NCBI GenBank assembly: GCA_013265495.1
Contig: MU058198.1
Span: 7,269,779 to 7,333,778 of the forward strand
Source: Vicugna vicugna
Lineage: Eukaryota
Length of the DNA: 64,000 bases
Direction of reading: 5' to 3'
The notes under the pieces were generated by a model. It was not told the DNA's origin, did not search any database, and saw only the letters and a list, made by a program, of their open reading frames with translations. A program made the translations under genes and the position numbers. This document shows positions 35,501 through 47,940 of this stretch, piece after piece. The first letter of the stretch is position 1; the number at the start of each line of letters is the position of its first letter.

Positions 35501-38500
35501 TGTGAAATGAAGAATGTGACAGAGGTTCGTGGACCTGGTGACCAAGAAGATGTGTACAGGTTCAGGGACACTGAGCTACCTCCCTCCAAAAGGTGACCAA
35601 CCTTTTTTTCCCTCATGGATATGCCACATTTTGTTTATCTGTTCATGTGTTGATGGACATTTGAATTATTCTTATACAGCAATGTTAAATGCTTCCTTAA
35701 GGGACATCTAGTAGAGTGATTAAGAACTTGAGATCTGGAGCCAAGCAGACCTGTGTTCAAGTTACTACCCGATCTCTGCCAGGTTACCCAGTTGTAAAAC
35801 AGTGGGGAAGTACCTCAACTTCCCTGAGCCTCTGTTTCCTTATCTAATTTTCTTCCCAATCTGAGCTGAAATCTATCCCTCACAGATAATGATGAAAATG
35901 AATGGTTTTGTCCTGCTTAACCCAGGATCAAGCTCATTTTTTAAATTGTTGCTGAATGTGTGGTATAGCAGCATTTTAACTCTTTCCTGTGATTTTACCA
36001 TGATTCACGGAACCCTGCCCATCTCTTTGAATTATCTGATCACTTCCAGTTTTTCCCTATGATAAATAGTGTTACAGTGAACACCTTCGACCTGTCCTGA
36101 ACTCCTGTCTGCACCCCTGATTCTTTGCCCCCACCTTTCTACGACTGTGCCCTGGCAGACACGGGGTGGGAGGAGGTGGTCCCTGAGGGTTGTGGCATCT
36201 GGGGAACCCTTAGCCTTGCCCACTGAAAAGTCATTCTCTTTCTTCTCACTCCCAGCCCCACAGCCAGATACCTGTGAGCTGTGCGGAGCTTCCTGAGGAG
36301 AACACACTTCAGAGCAGGGCCCTCTCCTGCAATATGACCTCGCCCATCTTCAAGGCAGGCAACTTGGTGAGTGCCTCAGCCCTGAGGAACCAAGCAGCCA
36401 AGGGGCTGAGGGCTTAGGAGGGGAGGGAGCTCCTGGCTTGGGGGAAGGTGCTGGTGACTGGCACCTTACCCCACCCCTACCCCAAAGGAATGTGTGTGGA
36501 GGTGTCCTGTGTCATGTTTGAGAGCCTGGACTTTGGAATTAGAGAAACCCAGGGTGGGGTCTTTCGTTCTGTGACCTTACACATATGACCTTAACCACTT
36601 GGAACCTCAGTATCTTCATCTGTACAATGGGGATAAAACACTCAGCGTAGGGCTTAAGATGTATTGAGCGCTCGATAAGCAGTCACTGTGACTATGGCAG
36701 TGGGACATGGGGGCTGCGAGGGGCTCAGGTGGCTCTCTGAGCCCCAGGCCCCTTCCTTCTTCATTCTCTCCTCCCCTGCCAGGTTGACATCCAGGTGATG
36801 TTTCATACGCTGCCGAAAGGCTTCCAGGCGGACATTGTCAAGCTTCACGCCAATGTGAGCTGGTGAGCAGGCCCTGGGCAGACCCCCACCAGCATCCCCA
36901 CCCTGGCTGCAGATTGCCACGTGGTCCTGGCCAAGCCAGTCTCCTGACACTGCCCTCTGCCTTGCCCCCGTGCAGCGACAACGAGGACTCAGGCTTCCTG
37001 GAGGACAACTCGGCCACCACTAGCATCCCAGTCCTGTACCCCATCAACATCCTCACCGAGGAGTGAGTCCTGAGCAGTCGCCCCACCGTCTCCTCCCACC
37101 TCAGCCTCCCCACCCAGGGCCCCAGCCTTCTTCTCAGGGCTGCCCCTCAAAGCCCCTTCCTTTTCTGGAGCCCCAGGACAGATTAGAACTGATTCCAGCC
37201 ACAACCCCAACGGTTTTCAATACTCAGTAGAGCTTTGAGTCAGATTCATGTTTCCTGATGCAAAAAGAAAAAAAGCCCATGATGTCAACCTCTGCGCCAG
37301 CTGCACTGCACAGCTGGGGGCTTTCTCTGGAGCTTCCAACCCCTCGTGAGGCAGCTGGCCTCTCTCCATTTTACCAATGACCTTGGCCAGAGTCGTACAG
37401 TTAAAGTACTGGCTCCGAGATCTGAACTGAAATCTGTCTGACTCCAGACCCCAGCCAAGCTCTTTACTGTTTTCAGCCTTGCTGTGTTCTCTCTCCCCTG
37501 GGGCCAGCAGTGCTGGCAGAGTTGGGAGAAAAGTTTTCACAGTGACCCTGGCCCGCAGAGAGCTTATGGTCAGGTCGGTGAGACCCAAGTCATGCCCACA
37601 CGGAGTATGTGAGTCTCAGAATGTTGTGGCAGGAAGGACCCACGGGGATCACTGGCTGGATTTTCTTATTTGCAGAAAAGGGGAGGAAGCCAGAAATACT
37701 GGCCCAATGTGCTAAGGCTAGGGACAGTGTCTGAGCTAGAGTCCCCGCTGCTTCTGAACACAAGTGCCAAACACAGTGATACTGTCTGAGGTGTGATATG
37801 AAATTAGAGCCAGGAAAGATGATGTGGGTTGAAGGAGCGATGGAAGGGTTCATGGGGAATAGGGGTTTGAACTGGGGTCTGGAGGATGAGGGGTTCGGAT
37901 AAGAGCCAGGAAGGAAGGAGGACATTCTCATCAGAGAGACCAACATAGGGGAAGGCATGGAGGCAGCAAAAACTGGGGCAGATCCAGGGAGCAGGGGGTG
38001 AGAAGGCTCAGCAGGTGGCAGATATGTGCCAGGAACAGGGGCAGGCAGACTAGGAAACAGGCGGGTCTAGACATGGAAGACTTTGGACCTGGCCCTTGTG
38101 AGCAGCAGGGAGCCATTGATGGATTCTGAGGCGGTGCATGGCAGGATCAGAGAGTGATGCTAGGAAGGTTATTAAAAAGATGAGGTAGGAGCGTGAGCCA
38201 GAGGCTATCTAGTTGATGAGCAGTGGGGTCCGGAGTCCAGTGGAGACCCTGGTGAGGTGGTGTCTAGTGGAGAGAACACGGCCCCAGAGGCCACCCACCT
38301 TTGTTCCAGTCCTGGTCCTCCACTGTGGGACTTTGGGCAGGCTGACCACTTCCATGAGCCTTAGTTTCCAAAGGGAAAGGGCAGAGTGGGGTAAGGATGA
38401 CACAAGATGGTGCTGGTGCCAACCTTAGCACAGTGGCCGGCAACTCTGAGGCTTCCCCTGACCCAGGGCCCTCTGGGTGGCCGGGTTGCTCTCTTGCCCT

Positions 38501-41500
38501 CCTTCTGCCACTGCTCCTCTCTCTCCACAGCCAGGAAAACTCCACGCTCTATATCAGTTTTGCCCCCAAAGGCCCCAAGATCCACCAAATCAAGCACATC
38601 TACCAGGTAGGAACCTCAATGTGAAAGGGTCCTTAGAAGTCATATGTTCAGCCCCATTGTGGAGACCAAGGATGCAGAGACCAACCGGACCCCATCCCGT
38701 CCTCAGCAAGCCCCACCCTCCACCTTGTTCTGTGATCCCTTTTATGTGGCTTCCCAGCCTCCCCGGAGACACTTCCAGTAGCTTCCATACTCACTAGCTC
38801 ACCACCAGATAAATTATTTCTAGAATCACAGAACTTGAGAGCCAGAGGGGCTCTGAGAGAGTTTTTGGAGGGTTTTGTTTTTTGAAGTAGAAAGTTCAGA
38901 TTTATTTTAAGATTCAGTTATGTAGACATTTCATCTTGTAATTGTGTTCACATTTTTCGGAGAGAATCTAGTTTTTATTCAAATATATAATGAGCCAGAG
39001 TTCTAGTTTAGGTACTTTCACTGGGTTCTGGGGCAGCAGAAATTAAAACAGGGTCCCTGAGCACTCACCAAACCCAGATTTAAGCCTGGAGCTTTGTACA
39101 CTCCACACCCTCCCATAAGCGCCTGTAAGACAGGCCTCTTCATTCCCACTTTACAGAAGGGAAGTCCATGGCACAAACGGGTCACGTGACTTGCCCTGGT
39201 TACACAGCTCATACTGATTGCTTTGTATCAGTCTCCACTATGTCTGTCTCTCTTCCCACAGTGTCAGTGTCCCCCTTCCAAATGACAACTCTGAATTGTG
39301 TCCCTCTTGCTCCCCCCAGTGTAGCTGTCCCCGTTGCTGGCCACTGATCTCCCCGGGGATGTCTTCCTAGCATCCTTTTTTTGTCTTTTGATGGCTTTAT
39401 TGAGATAGAATTCACATACCATACAATCTTCTCATTGAAAGTGTACAATTCAATGGCATTAGTCTATCCGCAAAATTGTGCAACCATCACCATAATCATT
39501 TTAGAACATTTTCATTACTCCGAAAAGAAACCCTGTACCTATTTTCAGTCATTCCTTCTTCCTCCCTCCCCCAGCACCTGGCAATCACTACTTTTGTCTC
39601 TATAGATTTGCCTGCCTTGGACATTATGTTCAAAGGGAGTCATAACATGTGGTCTTTGCTCCTGGATTCCTTCACTTAGGGTAGTATTTTCAGGGTTCAC
39701 CCATGTTGTAGCATCGATCAGTATTTCATTCATTTTTATTGCCAAATAATATTCCTTTGTAAGATGGGCCACATTTGCTTTGCGCATTCATTAATTGATG
39801 GACATTTGAGTTGTTTCCATTTTTTGGCTGTTAGGGATTATGCTGCTTGGACATTCCTGTACGCTTTGTGTGTGGATATACGTTTTATTTCTCCTGGGTG
39901 CATAACTAGGAGTACAGTTGCTCTTTTCAAAGCTTTAGTCTCAGGATGCTCTAAACCAAATTTATCATCTTCCCGTAAGCCAACATCTCCTTTGGTTTGC
40001 TTAGAGTCCTTTAAAAGCATTACCTTTTCCTTAACAAAACTTCCAAGCCTGGGTGAATTTCTCCTTCCTCTGTGCCTGGTCTCACTGCCTCCCCAAGCCC
40101 TGTTGCCTATATTCTCTTCTCTCTTTTGACCTCGCTGCTGCTCAGACCAAGTTTCTTGCAGCTGGCTGTGGTACAGGCTCCCAGCTTCTTTCCATTCCTT
40201 GCCTGCAGTGGGTAACTTCTAGCCCTTTGGCCTTCTGGGCCCCAAAATCTCATCCCAAGTCTCCTTTCCAGACTACTCTCCTGTCTGTCCTTCCCAGGCA
40301 CGCAACCATCTGGCCACATCACCCACCCCGCGCCCACCACGCTCTCTTAATTTCTTGCATTTTCTCTTCCTGGCTACGGTTGCCCATGTTCATCTGTTAA
40401 TCTCCTCTCTACTTCTCACAGCTAAATTCAGATGCTGCCTTTGACATTAGGCTTTTTAAATTTAAATTGACCAACATCATTAAAGCATCCATAAGCGTTT
40501 GTTGAATGAGTAAATGATAGAACGCCTCAAATTGGTTATGTATTTTCCTGATTGACCTCCCTGAGATTCATTGGTGCTACTTCTGTGTCACTTTCTTACA
40601 CTTTCTGAGTCAGCCAGCCCCAGCACAGATAGCTCTTTTACATTAAAGGGACTTTTAAAAAGTTTCTTAAATTCAGTGCACTTGCCAAAATGCCTTTCCC
40701 AAACTGCATTGTGCAAACAATTTTTTTTACTGAAATATAGTTGATTTACAATGTTGTGTTAGTTTCTGGTATATGGCAAAGTGACTCAGTTATACCTATA
40801 TATTCTTTTTCGTTATAGGTTATTACAAACTATTGAATATAGTTTTCTATGCTATACAGTAGGACCTTGTTGTTTATCTAATTTTTTGCATCTATCCTTG
40901 TTAAATGTCATTCCTTTTTTCATTTATTCAAAAAATTACTTTTTTCGAGGCCCATTATGTGTGTCAGGCCACAGGGAATTGCAGGTGAAATGAGCCACAG
41001 CCCCCTCCCTCAAGCAGCTCAGTCTAGGGGGGACACACTAGGGTGCTGTGGGAACCCCTGATGGCGAGGCTGTCCTGTCCTTGGGGAGTCGGGCAAACTT
41101 TCAGGGATGTTATTTGAGCAGTACCTTGCAGGGTGGGTGACAGTTAGCCACAAAGAGGAAGCAGAGAAGCACATGAAACTCGTGCTGTAAGGTTGTGGTT
41201 GATCATTGTCCACTGCCTAAGGAAGAGCAGGCCCTTGGGCCCCCAGCCAGGGAGGATTGGATCTAGGTTGGCAGTTGGGGTGGCCAGCATTCAGGACTCT
41301 GCAGCACCCTGTCCTCTGTACCAGATGAAGATCCAGCCTTCTGGCTATGACCACAACATGCCCCCCCTGGAGGCCTTGGTTGGGGTACCACAGTCCCACA
41401 GCAAGGGGCCCATCATGCACAAGTGGCATGTGGAGATGGTGAGTGCTGCCCGGAGGAGGGAAGGGTGCCCGGGTGTGCGGGGTGAGCTCACAACGGGGAC

Positions 41501-44500
41501 AGACATGTGGGGAATAGAATGAGGATGATTGAATCCTCCCAGGGCCAGTGGGAGAGAACTGGGAAGCAGGGTGGTATCTGGGGAGTGGGGAGGGATGCCA
41601 GCTCTGGACTAACTGAAGACCTGCCTCATCCTTCCTAGGAGCCTCCTGTCACCTGCCGCCTTGAGACTGAGGACAGTCTGCCCAATGTGGCTGAGGTGTG
41701 GGGGCGTGAACTAAGAAGTCAGGGGGCTGGGCGGCGTGCAGGTGGGAAGAGGCCTCCCTGACCCCCTGTTTTCCGTCTTCCTATCAGCCTTGTGTGCTTG
41801 GAGCCCAGTTCCGCTGCCCCTTTGTCTTCAAGGAGGAGATCCTTGTCCAAGTGATCGGGACGGTGGAGCTGGTGGGGGAGATCAAGGTAGCACCTGCAGG
41901 GGAGACAGACTCCTAAGTGGTTGGGGGTGGGCTTCCCCACCAGATAATCTCCCTACATTTTTTGTTCGTTCTTGTGGAAATAGCTCTGATGTTTACCCAG
42001 TTGCAGATGAAAGAGAACCACAATTTGTTGAAAACTCACAGGACTGTTTTCAAGGGCCGATGGATAGTTCTTTTATGTTCTCTGTAGGGAAAATGTCCTG
42101 CCAACAGGGGGCATTGGCGCGTTCCACCGGTCTAGGAGAGAACTGAGAGAGATGGCGCACCCACTAGGACCCATTCTCCTCTGCCTCTCCCCGTGGAGTT
42201 GAGCTGGGGGGTGGCAGTTCCCCCTGACCCTGACGCCTGCGCCTCCCCCTCCCACAGGCCTCCTCCACGTTCAGCCTCTGCACCTCCCTCTCCGTCTCCT
42301 TCAACAGCAACAGGCACTTCCACCTCCATGGCAGCAATGCCTCCCTGGCCCAGGTATCTCTCTACCTCCTTGGAAGGCCCGGGAACAGAGGGCAGCAGAG
42401 GGATTGGAGGAAGCCCATGGCAGGGCGAGGAGAGCTGGAGCTGGGGATGGGAGAAAGTTTGGGCTTAGCGCCGTGAGACCATCCCCACAGCCAGAGCCAT
42501 CAGCCTTGGCGCAGGCTTTCTTGGAAGCTGTGAGTTCCCTGCCACCACTGGTGGGCTAGCAGGCCACAAGGTCACCTGTAGGAGATGTGTCAGATAAAGA
42601 TCAACTTGACGGCAGCTCAGCCAAGAGGCACTCCCCACCCCACCCCCAAGCAGGGCATGATGGGAACACAGAGGGAGTAGCACGTGCTGGGCCCAGAGTT
42701 GTGGTGTGGGGGGCAAGGCGGGTTTAAGGGCAGGAAGCTCAAAGCAGGAGAAGGGAGGCTGCAACTAAAGAGGTAAGCAGAAGCCAGATTCTAGAAGGTT
42801 TTCCAGGCTGAGCTGGGATTCTGGCATTTCCTCCTGGGGCTGATGGAAGACGTTTAAAGGCTTACTCAGGGAGGCCGTGGTGCATGTTTGCCATTCATTC
42901 CGGTGGCTGCGTGGTGAGGTGTATGGGGAGAGGGATGGTCTGGGCTGGAACCCCGTGTCGTGACACAGTCCAGATGGGAAGTGAGAAGACCTAGGGATTG
43001 AGGCCAGATGCACAAGGAATGTTAGGGGTGGGATGTTAGGGAGACATCCTAACAGGGCGTGGTTCCCTGCCCCCCTCCCCGCCTCTCCTCTCCCCCAGGT
43101 CGTCATGAAGGTCGACGTTGTGTATGAGAAGAAAATGTACCATGTCTACGTGCTGAGTGGTGTCGGGGGGCTGTTGTTACTGTTCCTGATTTTCATAGTG
43201 CTGTACAAGGTACGAGTTTCTGGGAGAAACACCCAGTCAGGCTGGGGAAAGCAGAACCAGCAGGAGTCAGAGCAGAATACCAAGATGAGGGGCGTGAAAG
43301 TCAGAAGGGTCCTCAGCCTACTCTTCTTCTACAGATTAGGCTAGAGAGGCCCCAGGAGCAAGCAAACTCTAACGCCAACCCCTCAACCAAGCACTGGCAG
43401 AGCCAGACCTGGGTACCCCGGGTGAGGAAGAAAAAGGAGCCTCCACCGTATCAAGAGCCAGGCACTGGGATACAGACATGCAGACCACACCCGTGGTCCC
43501 AGCCGTTGTGGGGCTCACAGTCCATGGGGGACACTGACACAAACATGATGGGGGCTACACTAGGGGGCCTTTGTGCCCCAGGACCTGTAACACAGGAGCC
43601 TAACTCAGCCTGGGGGAGCCTAGGAAGGCCTCTCAAGAGACATGGCCTTTGCGTTGGGATTTGAAGGATGAGAGGGAGCTAACCAGATGCGGGGCAGCTG
43701 TTCCACATAAAAAGCTTGAATATTCCAGAAAAGAGAACATAGAAAAGTGAAGTTTCCCCCTATTGCATTCCCAGGAGGTTGTCTTAACAACCATTTGGTT
43801 CATATTCCTCCAGGTTCTAATTTTGTTGTTAACATATATATGTGTATGTGTGAGTGTGAGAAAGAAAGAGAAGAGCCAGTGGATGTGTGCATATGTAGAA
43901 ACCGTAAATGGAATAATACCGTATATACTGCTTGGGAATTTGTACTTCCGCCTGGATGTTCTATCTTGGCGTCTTTCTGTCTGAGCACAATCAGATCGAC
44001 CTCTTGCTTTTTAACCTGGGTGGTTTTCTGTTGTCTGGATGCCCCACCTTTTATTTAACAAGACCCCTATTGGTGAACATTTAGGTTGTTTGAAACTAAC
44101 ACCTATTTCAAACAACATGCCAGAAAGGCTCCTGTTACCAACATCTTTGCACACTCGTCCAAATATCCTTTAGAATTAATCTCTAGAACCAAAGAATATA
44201 TGTATTTTGGACTTTCAACAGAGAGTGCATGGCACATACTAATAATAAAGTGCAGTCTCTTACTATCAGTATTTCTAGATATTGCCAGATCACCTGCCTG
44301 AAATATTGGTACATAACATTTTGACCAGCCTAAGGAATGAACTAACTATTAAACATACAGGTTTTTAACATATTGCCAAGAAGCTGGTGTGGCAGATACC
44401 CTCACCCCATCCCTAGCGCGGACGCCACCTGTCTGTGGCACATGTAACTTATCCATATAAATGGTGCTTTCATATTTTGCTGGGGCTGCCTGGTCCAAAG

Positions 44501-44726
44501 TACTCTGGGGACTTTTTGCTTACTCAAGTTTTGTCTTGAAAACAACCTACAGGTTGGCTTCTTCAAACGGAACCTGAAGGAGAAAATGGAGGGGACTGGA
44601 GATGCTTCAGATGAAACCCCTGGAGAGGACGCTGGGCAGCCGGCGTCTGGGGAAGAGGCTGGGGACCCCGGCTGTCTGGAACCGCTCCATGAGGAAGAGG
44701 CCCAGGACGGAGGTAGCAATGACTGA
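11526..44726 (+). CDS. ITGAL: Integrin alpha-L (CD11a, LFA-1 alpha chain), complete, 31 coding exons
   Basis: Hand-spliced GT-AG exons: 11526-11580, 12697-12799, 13425-13519, 13629-13696, 15156-15273, 15398-15528, 16384-16529, 21138-21270, 21430-21580, 24015-24088, 24169-24301, 27120-27271, 27620-27757, 28239-28436, 28581-28711, 30442-30602, 30708-30859, 32256-32345, 34532(or 34535)-34588, 34686-34759, 35107-35248, 36256-36366, 36783-36862, 36976-37062, 38531-38606, 41325-41438, 41639-41695, 41788-41886, 42258-42353, 43099-43209, 44553-44726. Total 3507 nt = 1168 aa + stop, frame continuous. Hallmarks: signal peptide [23 protein letters not shown], mature start YNLD, I-domain MIDAS DGSLS and [13 protein letters not shown] repeats with Ca-binding loops ([18 protein letters not shown]), TM helix, cytoplasmic GFFKR. 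Confidence 0.98.
14944..15122 (-). mobile_element. tRNA-derived SINE (Vic-1-like), immediately upstream of ITGAL exon 5
   Basis: tRNA-like head (GGTAAAGTGCATGCTAAGCATGCAGAAGGTCCCAGGTTCAG on -), AACCTAATTACCTCC body and A-rich tail. Confidence 0.8.
16128..16243 (-). mobile_element. tRNA-derived SINE (Vic-1-like, diverged)
   Basis: Same head and GTAATTAGG body as the copy at 14944-15122. Confidence 0.7.
16686..16869 (-). mobile_element. Short 5'-truncated LINE-1 with TSD
   Basis: Poly-T plus L1 3'UTR. TSD TTAGTCCAG(T/G)TTCTTTT at 16669-16685 and 16870-16886. Confidence 0.85.
16939..17538 (-). mobile_element. 5'-truncated young LINE-1 with perfect 16-bp TSD
   Basis: ORF2 C-terminus [17 protein letters not shown]...MPLICGI-like (ORF 17265-17507). 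TSD CCAAAGGGAACTTCTT at 16923-16938 and 17539-17554. Confidence 0.92.
19268..19472. mobile_element. MER58-like hAT-Charlie MITE
   Basis: TTGGCAGATTTTTTT-CTGTAAAGGGC...GGCTGGGTTTGGCCTGCGG...GTTTGCCA termini. Confidence 0.65.
19480..20090 (-). mobile_element. LINE-2 fragment
   Basis: Typical antisense L2 motifs: CTCTGCCCTCCTAGAGCTTAACATTCTAGT, TTCCAGGCACACAGAATAGC, ATTGGAGGTTTTAAGC. Confidence 0.7.
22150..22295 (+). mobile_element. MIR SINE carrying an exact ZNF768 motif
   Basis: MIR core GCTGTGTGACCTCAGCCAGATCACTTTCCCTCTCTG at 22195-22230. Confidence 0.75.
22300..22760 (-). mobile_element. MLT1 (MaLR) solo LTR
   Basis: CTAGGGCTGCTGTAACAGAGTACCA...GGCTTAAA...TTATAAGGACAGCAGTCATACTGGAT...ACACAATTCAAGCCCTAACA. 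Confidence 0.8.
24465..24990 (+). mobile_element. MER74-like ERVL solo LTR
   Basis: CTTTGACATCTTGG...GACTGCCCCTCCCAGG...CCAATCCAGAGCC...TACATTTTAAAACA end, matching the recalled MER74 consensus. Confidence 0.75.
25555..25790 (-). mobile_element. MIR SINE
   Basis: ATCCTCACAACAACCCTGTGAG...TTTTACAGATGAAGAAACTGAG...TAACTTGCCCAGGGTCACA. Confidence 0.8.
25844..26015. mobile_element. MER2/Tigger-type DNA transposon MITE
   Basis: TA-CAGTTGGCC...GGCCAACTG inverted repeats, GTTGAATCCACAGATGTGGAA and GGTCCTGGAACCAATCCC motifs. Confidence 0.7.
29671..30223 (+). mobile_element. LINE-1 3' fragment with probable 3'-transduced tail, inside an L2
   Basis: L1 3'UTR to AATAAA/poly(A) at ~30055-30102, ~100 bp of unrelated sequence, second A-rich tract 30208-30227, degenerate TSD. 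Confidence 0.75.
31927..31948. promoter_or_regulatory. Perfect four-unit heat-shock element / 22-bp palindrome in ITGAL intron 17
   Basis: TATTCTAGAATATTCTAGAATA = nTTCn-nGAAn-nTTCn-nGAAn. The motif match is exact; function is untested. Confidence 0.55.
39380..39910 (-). mobile_element. Old LINE-1 (L1MB-like) 3' fragment
   Basis: GCTTTATTGAGATAGAATTCACATACCATACAAT...TTTTTATTGCCAAATAATATTCC...GATGGACATTTGAGTTGTTTCCA. Confidence 0.75.
40720..40882 (-). mobile_element. Short LINE-1 3' end
   Basis: TTTTACTGAAATATAGTTGATTTACAATGTTGTGTTAGTTTCTGGT...GCTATACAGTAGGACCTTGTTGTTTATCTA. Confidence 0.8.
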
Positions 44727-45179
44727 GGTGCAGGCCTGCTGCAAAGGGCCCAGGACTGGACTCGGGTGCCTGGTGCTAGCCTGCCTCTACCTGAATTTCA
44801 CTATGTGTCCTCGGGCAAGTCACTGCCCCTCCGTAGGCCTCAGTTTTTCTCTCTTGAACATGGGCTCATTCCTCCCTGCCTCCTTTGCAGGCTTGGGGTG
44901 AGGATCCGCTGAGGCAAGGGCCAGGAAAGCCACAGAGGAGAGGCCTCGTAATTATCAGATGGCCCTGCCTTCCACCGGCCCCTCTTACTTTCCTCCCCTG
45001 GAAGAGAACATCTGATCTAAATCTGGAGACACTGTAACCTCAGGACCTAGTGACTCTCTGGGCCCTCACATCCACCTGCCCTCGGATGTCCACAGAGGCC
45101 TCAGACACCCAGAACTTTGCCCTGCGTTTTGTCCTGCCTGTAATCCTGTCAGCTTTCAGTTCTACCACCAGAGAGCGAA

Positions 45180-45720
45180 TCTCATCCGTGTCACTATATT
45201 GCTCCTGCAAACCCCTTGCCCTTCGGCTAACAACCAAATTCCTTAATACGCCTTCCAAAATCTGCAAAACTAGGCCCTGTTTCCTTCCCAGCCTCTTCTA
45301 GAGACATCCCACCTCCCTTTCCAAGCCCCACTTACACCAGCCTTTCTCACTTGCCACACTCCTTCCTGGCTTACTGTCTTCACTTAGCCTGCTCTTTCTG
45401 CCTAGAACATTCCTCCTACCTCTTTTTCCTAGCTAACTCGCTCTCAGCCTTCAGCTCTCAGCTCAAACATAACTTCCTCAGGACAGCCCCTTAACCGCAA
45501 CTCAGTTGGGTTCCCATGTTACACAAGCTTACACTAACCTGCACTTGTCCCGCACAGCACAGACCATATTTGTTCATTGTTAAGTGATATACTTAATATC
45601 CGTCTCTGAAATTAGACAGTGAACTCCATGAGGGTAGGGTTTGTTCACCTGGGGACCCCTGGTGATGTCACACAGCCAGACACATAGTAAGTGCTTGACC
45701 CAACTTCACTGAATTAGTGA
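45180..45720 (+). mobile_element. LINE-2 fragment within the ITGAL 3'UTR
   Basis: Sense L2 3' motifs: CTGCCTAGAACATTCC, TCTCAGCTCAAACATAACTTCCTCAGG, AGACAGTGAACTCCATGAGGGTAGG, ACATAGTAAGTGCTT. Confidence 0.65.
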
Positions 45721-45942
45721 GGGTGCCTGTGGGAAGATACAGAAAAAAGTTTGGATGGACCCCTGGCAGCCCCATCCTTCAAGGCTATCTTCCACAGGCG
45801 CCTGACCCCTCACCCCACATCCCCCACTGGGACCTCATCACATCCCACAGTGGCCCCCACTGGCAGACTGTGAGCTCAAGGATGGAAACTGGCCTTTCAC
45901 CTGGCTCCCAATGCCAAGCACAGAGCTTGCATTTATTTACCA

Positions 45943-45948
45943 AATAAA
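45943..45948 (+). terminator. ITGAL polyadenylation signal AATAAA
   Basis: AATAAA ~1.2 kb after the stop codon, followed by a GT/T-rich tract (~45966-45991). A second ATTAAA lies at 46011. Confidence 0.7.
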
Positions 45949-47764
45949 TATGAGATTCTGCCCAATTTTGTGATTTTGTTTTTTGTGTGTGCAACATTGA
46001 GCCTGGCTCAATTAAATGAACATCTCCTTCTCGACTCTTCCATTAAGTGGGACCAAAACAGTGAGGTCTTTTTTCTTTCCTTTCTTTCTTCATCTTCTTC
46101 TATTTTTTTTTTTTATGTTGTTATTGCCATGATGATCCTCAGAGACTAACCTGTACCTGACATTGTAGATTATTTCAAAAGAAGCAGTGAGGCACAGAAA
46201 GTGAGAAAAGGTTAGGGGGCATTGATAATTTATGAAGCTAGAAGAATAGACCCGCCCTGACCACCCCCCTTAAAATTTTTATTTTTGAATTAATGTATAG
46301 TCGATTTATGGCCCCCCCCCCTTTTTTTAAAGCAATGGTTGGAAGGCCTTGACCCTGAACATCTCCTTTAGACGGGACCGAGGGGACTAGTACTGCTGCC
46401 CTCCTGTGGCCAGTAGGACCCCAGGGTGGGGCGGTGTCAGGGGGTGACTGTTGAGTAACTGTAAGGCCAGCTCCTGTCCAGCACTGGGAGGTGAGAAGCA
46501 ACATTTGGTCCCCTGGCAGTGATCTTTGATGGCTCCCTTCTGCCTGCCAGGGAGTAACCAGACATTCCCTAGCTGGGCACACAAAGCCAAGAACAGTCTT
46601 CCAAAGCCTGCCGGCCTCTCCAACCTCCTCAACCCTCTTCTGGTTCATCCCCTAAGGAACCATGTGGCTAGCTCCAAGGGAGACATCAGGAAGAAAGAAG
46701 TAAGGCCCATTTTCCTAGAGAGGGGAAAAAATATTTTGACCATCAGAAATATCACAGAACTGCTAAAAGTACACAAAATGTTCTGTAAGCCTCGCAAAGC
46801 GTAAGTCATTCATGAGGGATTTCTTGAGCACTTTGTGTCTGGCCCTGTACTGAGTCTGAGGACACAGCAGTGAACACGACACACACATCCCTGCCCTCAG
46901 GAAGCTTCACTTCAGTGGGAAAACAGAGCGAAAAAGTAGAAATGGGATTCCAGGTAGTCATAGGGCCGCAAAGAAAATGAAACAGGAGAAGGAGTTGTAG
47001 GGTGACGGAGGGGGCCCCCTTACCTAGGTGGTCAGGAAAGTCTCTCTGAGGAGGTGATATTCTGTGACACGAGAAAAAAAGTGAATATTTTCATCAAGGT
47101 TGGAAGTAAAACACAGAAAATCTGGGAGGTTCGTTTCAGGAACAGACCAGCCATTAATGGCCTGGGAATCTCTCGCCCAACTCACTTAAGAGCTCCTGTG
47201 CTTGAACACCGACGTGTCCTTTCCGCCTCTGTGTCTTCACACACGCTCTTCCCTTTGCAGGCCTGTCCACTTCCACCTCTTTTCTGTTCTTTAAAATCTC
47301 TCTACTTCAAAGTACTTCAAAGCTGTTTTCATCCCCCCAGTTTCTGGACGAAAGGACCCATTCCATCATCATTTTGTTAACAGCTCACTGGGGCACATTA
47401 CCCTGACTGTGTGGGCCCCTCTCTCAAGACGAGGAGGATCTTGAAGGCAGGACTCAGGCCTCACTCACATGTGTTACCAACACCGACCTTTCACCAGGGC
47501 TGGCACCAAGGAAATTCAGTGAAGGTTTGATTCAGTGGACCTCAGAGGTAAATGGGTTGTTGGTTTCATCCACTTGAAAGTGAAAATGGAGACAAATTTA
47601 TAACATAAGAGCACTCACGCCCACATTCCACACAAGCCATCGGAGTGATGACATATGTCATCCCCTGTAGTGCAGCTTCTAGAAAACACTCTTCTTTATG
47701 GAAGAGAGTGAAAAAATAAATGACATCTTAGTATCATTAGGAAAATGATCAAAACCCAGTGAGT

Positions 47765-47940
47765 CCTAGGAGGGAATCCAGGCTCTGCCACTTCCTAGCT
47801 GTGTCACATGGGGCAATTTCCTTATCCTCTCTGGGATTCATTTCTTTATCTACAAAACGAGAATAATAGGTGTCTGTGCCTCAGAGCTGCTCTGAGCATT
47901 AAAAAAGTGTAAACCGCTTAGCGCTGTATAAGTGCTAATA
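47765..47940 (+). mobile_element. MIR SINE with near-exact ZNF768 motif
   Basis: GAATCCAGGCTCTGCCACTTCCTAGCTGTGTCACATGGGGCAATTTCCTTATCCTCTCTG. Confidence 0.8.

Noticed and set aside
44800..44835. Further ZNF768 motif in the ITGAL 3'UTR MIR
   Set aside because: Both half-sites are degenerate (ACTATGTG / CCTCCGTA).
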